In this document: positions 61,359 to 64,000 of the stretch, piece by piece
Position numbering within the stretch: the first letter of the stretch is position 1
Layout: the number at the start of each line of letters is the position of its first letter
Assembly (NCBI GenBank): GCA_041737595.1
Contig: JBGSRK010000005.1
Coordinates: 32,001 to 96,000, forward strand
DNA length: 64,000 nucleotides
Reading direction: 5' to 3'
Source of the DNA: Patescibacteria group bacterium
GTDB taxonomy: Bacteria > Patescibacteriota > CPR2 > UBA1875
Notes under the pieces: generated by a model
Told to the model about the DNA's origin: nothing
The model's database searches: none
Seen by the model: only the letters and a program-made list of their open reading frames with translations
Program-made: the position numbers and the translations under genes

Positions 61359-64000
61359 CTACTCTCTTCTAGAAAGTAATGCGTTTATTTCTTCAATTAA
61401 GTTTTTATCAAATTCTATTCCAAAAGGCATTTTTACTTTTTTAGGTTCTCCGCCATTGGGCAATAAAACATAAGTTTCAGTCTCACCTTTATTCCTAGCA
61501 AGAAGTAACTTAAGTGTCGATAAATCTGATGGGGTTACACCTCGCGGGACATCAATAATTGCGTTATCATCCAATTGAACAAAATTAGTACTCGGTTTTT
61601 TTATTTCAACTACTTTATTTTTCAAATCTTCAATTGTATCAACTAAAATTTTTAACTGATTATCTTTGTTGTTTATCTTCCCCTTTATATATAAAATTTT
61701 CCCTTCAATAATTATACTTTGAAACTTTTCCAATGTATTAGGGAATATAATTAGTTCAGTTGTACCTGTTTTATCTTCAAACATAGCAAAAACCATCGGA
61801 TCATTTTTACGCGTCAAAATCTTATGCAATGATGTAATTACCCCAACTAATTTTGTATCTGTCCCCTCTTTATCAGTAGAAAGATCAGCAATCGCATCTA
61901 CATTTAAAGATAAAATTTTCTCACGATGTGAATCTAGTGGATGTTCTGAAAAATATATTCCAAGAAGTTCTTTTTCAAAACCCAATTTTTCTTCTGAGGT
62001 TAACTGCTCTTCTGGCTCAACAAGCAGAAGTTCGTGAGCAACCCCATTTTCTTTTGTTGCTTCTCCAAACAGACCAAGTTGACCATCTGCAGTACCTTTT
62101 TGAACTTGTTGTGCAAAAGTAAGAATCTTTTCAAGATTAAATAAAAGTGTCGAACGATCATTCATATTATCAAATGCCCCACATTTAATTAATGATTCAA
62201 TTACTTTTTTATTTATCTCACTTGCTTTTACTCTCATACAAAAATCTTCAATTGATTTGAATTTACCATCTTTTTCTCGTGCTTCAAGTATGGCCTCAAC
62301 AATTCCTGTCCCTACATTTTTTATTGCCTTCATGCCAAATCGAATCCCATTTGTTTTTGGGACAACTGCAAATTCAGAAAATGATTCATTCACATCCGGG
62401 CCAAGAACTTGAATTTTCATGGATTGAGCCTCAGAAACTTCGATTGTAATACGATCAATATTTTGATAATCAGATGTCATAAGAGCCGCCATAAAAGCGG
62501 ATGGATAGTAAGCCTTAAGATATGCTGTCCAATAAGAAATAAGAGCATATGAGGCCGCGTGAGACTTATTAAAGGCATATGCAGCGAATGATTCCATCCC
62601 ATCAAAAATCTTATTGGAAAGTTTTTCATCCGCACCACTTGTCTCTTTTGCTCCTTTTACAAATTCTTCTCTCATTTGAGTAAGCATTGATGCAATCTTT
62701 TTCCCCATCGCCTTTCTTAAGGTGTCAGCCTGTCCACCAGTAAAACCTGAAAAATCTTTAGAAATCTGCATAACTTGTTCCTGATAAACCATAATACCGT
62801 AAGTATTTTTTAAGGCTTCTTCCATTTTTGGATGTTCATAATTTATAGGTTTTCTTCCATGTTTACGGTCAATAAACTCTGGGATATTTTCCATTGGACC
62901 TGGACGATAAAGTGAAATCATCGCGACAATATCTTCAAAACAGTTTGGTTTAAGCTCTTTAATATATCTTTTCATCCCTGATGATTCGAGTTGGAAAACT
63001 CCTGTTGTTTGCCCTTTTGCGAGAAGTTTATAGGTTTTTTCATCATCAAGTGGGAGTTTTGAAAGTTCGATTTCTTTCCCATAAACTTTTTTAATAATTC
63101 GAAGTGCATTTTTAAGTACAGTTAAATTTGAAAGCCCTAAAAAGTCCATTTTAAGTAGCCCTAAATCTTCTATAGCGTGCATTTCGTACTGGGTATTAGT
63201 TGAAATGTCCCCTTTTGTTGCTTTTTGAAGTGGAGTGTAGTTTATAAGATCCTTGGGAGCAATAACAACTCCGGCGGCATGAGTTGATGAATGACGGGCA
63301 ACTCCCTCAAGTCTTTGAGCTAAATCTAATAGTTTTTTATAATTACCGCCTTGTTTGTAAAAAGCTGCAAGCTCTGGGACTTCTTTGATTGATTTTGCAA
63401 GTGGTAGATTAGATGGAATCACCTTTGCTACTTCGTCAACTTCTGTATAGGGCATACCAAGGACTCGGCCTGTATCACGAACTGCATTACGTGCTGCCAT
63501 GGTCCCAAAAGTAATAATCTGAGCTACTTTTTCTTTACCATATTTTTCAACTACATATTGGATAACTTCATGACGTCTGTCGTCCGCGAAATCCATATCA
63601 AAATCTGGCATAGATATACGATCTGGATTTAAAAATCTTTCAAAAAGTAAATCATATTTAAGTGGGTCAAGTTCTGTAATATTCATTGCATAAGCAACAA
63701 TAGAGCCAGCTCCAGAACCACGGCCTGGGCCTACCAATATTCCATTATCTTTTGCCCAATTTACATAATCTGCTACAACTAAGAAATATTCCTCATATTT
63801 CATACGTTCGATAACTTCAAGTTCATATGCTGCTCTATCTTTTATCTCTTTTGTAATTTTCTCATATCTTTCCGCAAGGCCGCGAACAACCAACTTTTCC
63901 ATATAACTTTTTTTTGTTTCGCCTTTAGGGATATCAAAATTAGGAATTAATATTTCATTTTTTTCTGCAAAGGGTAAATAAAATTCTTCGGAAAAAGGTT
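61359..64000 (-). CDS. dnaE: DNA polymerase III alpha subunit (5' end outside window)
   Basis: GPGRGSGAGS, FERFLNPDR.SMPDFD.D, FNKSH; frame open to window edge. Confidence 0.97.
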   Translation of the reverse strand, partial: PFSEEFYLPFAEKNEILIPNFDIPKGETKKSYMEKLVVRGLAERYEKITKEIKDRAAYELEVIERMKYEEYFLVVADYVNWAKDNGILVGPGRGSGAGSIVAYAMNITELDPLKYDLLFERFLNPDRISMPDFDMDFADDRRHEVIQYVVEKYGKEKVAQIITFGTMAARNAVRDTGRVLGMPYTEVDEVAKVIPSNLPLAKSIKEVPELAAFYKQGGNYKKLLDLAQRLEGVARHSSTHAAGVVIAPKDLINYTPLQKATKGDISTNTQYEMHAIEDLGLLKMDFLGLSNLTVLKNALRIIKKVYGKEIELSKLPLDDEKTYKLLAKGQTTGVFQLESSGMKRYIKELKPNCFEDIVAMISLYRPGPMENIPEFIDRKHGRKPINYEHPKMEEALKNTYGIMVYQEQVMQISKDFSGFTGGQADTLRKAMGKKIASMLTQMREEFVKGAKETSGADEKLSNKIFDGMESFAAYAFNKSHAASYALISYWTAYLKAYYPSAFMAALMTSDYQNIDRITIEVSEAQSMKIQVLGPDVNESFSEFAVVPKTNGIRFGMKAIKNVGTGIVEAILEAREKDGKFKSIEDFCMRVKASEINKKVIESLIKCGAFDNMNDRSTLLFNLEKILTFAQQVQKGTADGQLGLFGEATKENGVAHELLLVEPEEQLTSEEKLGFEKELLGIYFSEHPLDSHREKILSLNVDAIADLSTDKEGTDTKLVGVITSLHKILTRKNDPMVFAMFEDKTGTTELIIFPNTLEKFQSIIIEGKILYIKGKINNKDNQLKILVDTIEDLKNKVVEIKKPSTNFVQLDDNAIIDVPRGVTPSDLSTLKLLLARNKGETETYVLLPNGGEPKKVKMPFGIEFDKNLIEEINALLSRRE

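Noticed and set aside
218-62122. Many antisense or alternate-frame ORFs in the track (e.g. 14886-15545, 26119-26616, 42487-43092, 46817-47254)
   Set aside because: They overlap well-supported genes and show no recognisable motifs; shadow ORFs
1-64000. CRISPR array, rRNA, reverse transcriptase/DGR, introns or inteins, alternative genetic code
   Set aside because: No repeat-spacer array, rRNA or RT motif; rpoB, rpoC and dnaE show no large insertions; TGA ends genes and tRNA-Trp has a CCA anticodon

Overview
Core-genome window of a low-GC (about 30-33% by eye) bacterium using code 11. It is most consistent with Patescibacteria/CPR: uL30 is missing from the spc operon and EF-G carries atypical nucleotide-binding motifs. 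Nearly everything is on the minus strand: nusG-secE-tRNAs, the alpha/spc/S10/str ribosomal clusters, rpoBC, clpP-tig, recG, tyrS, murB, yacL-radA-clpC, nusA, rnhB-rplS and a partial dnaE. PBP1A, one small membrane ORF and tRNA-Leu are on the plus strand. The main anomaly is six small GC-richer (about 45-52% by eye) ORFan transcription units at five loci, wedged between housekeeping genes, including between fusA and tuf and between rpsJ and rplC. None carries a mobility gene. Each has its own sigma70-like promoter, SD-led small membrane or Cys-rich ORFs and a GC-rich 3' hairpin. In each, the RNA 5' region is complementary to the region at or after the last stop codon, often through G-U pairs that work only on the sense strand and usually covering the SD or start codon. 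One unit also ends in a ~190-nt densely structured non-coding RNA. Other oddities: covarying tRNA-Thr trailer RNAs, a tRNA-3'-end-like element, 26-bp perfect palindromes, EF-G with NKIN in G4, RpoB with rifampicin-pocket substitutions, a K+-channel homolog lacking TVGYG, a degenerate RsmD, a frameshifted tig and several probable leaderless genes. All pairings and GC estimates were read by eye, not computed.
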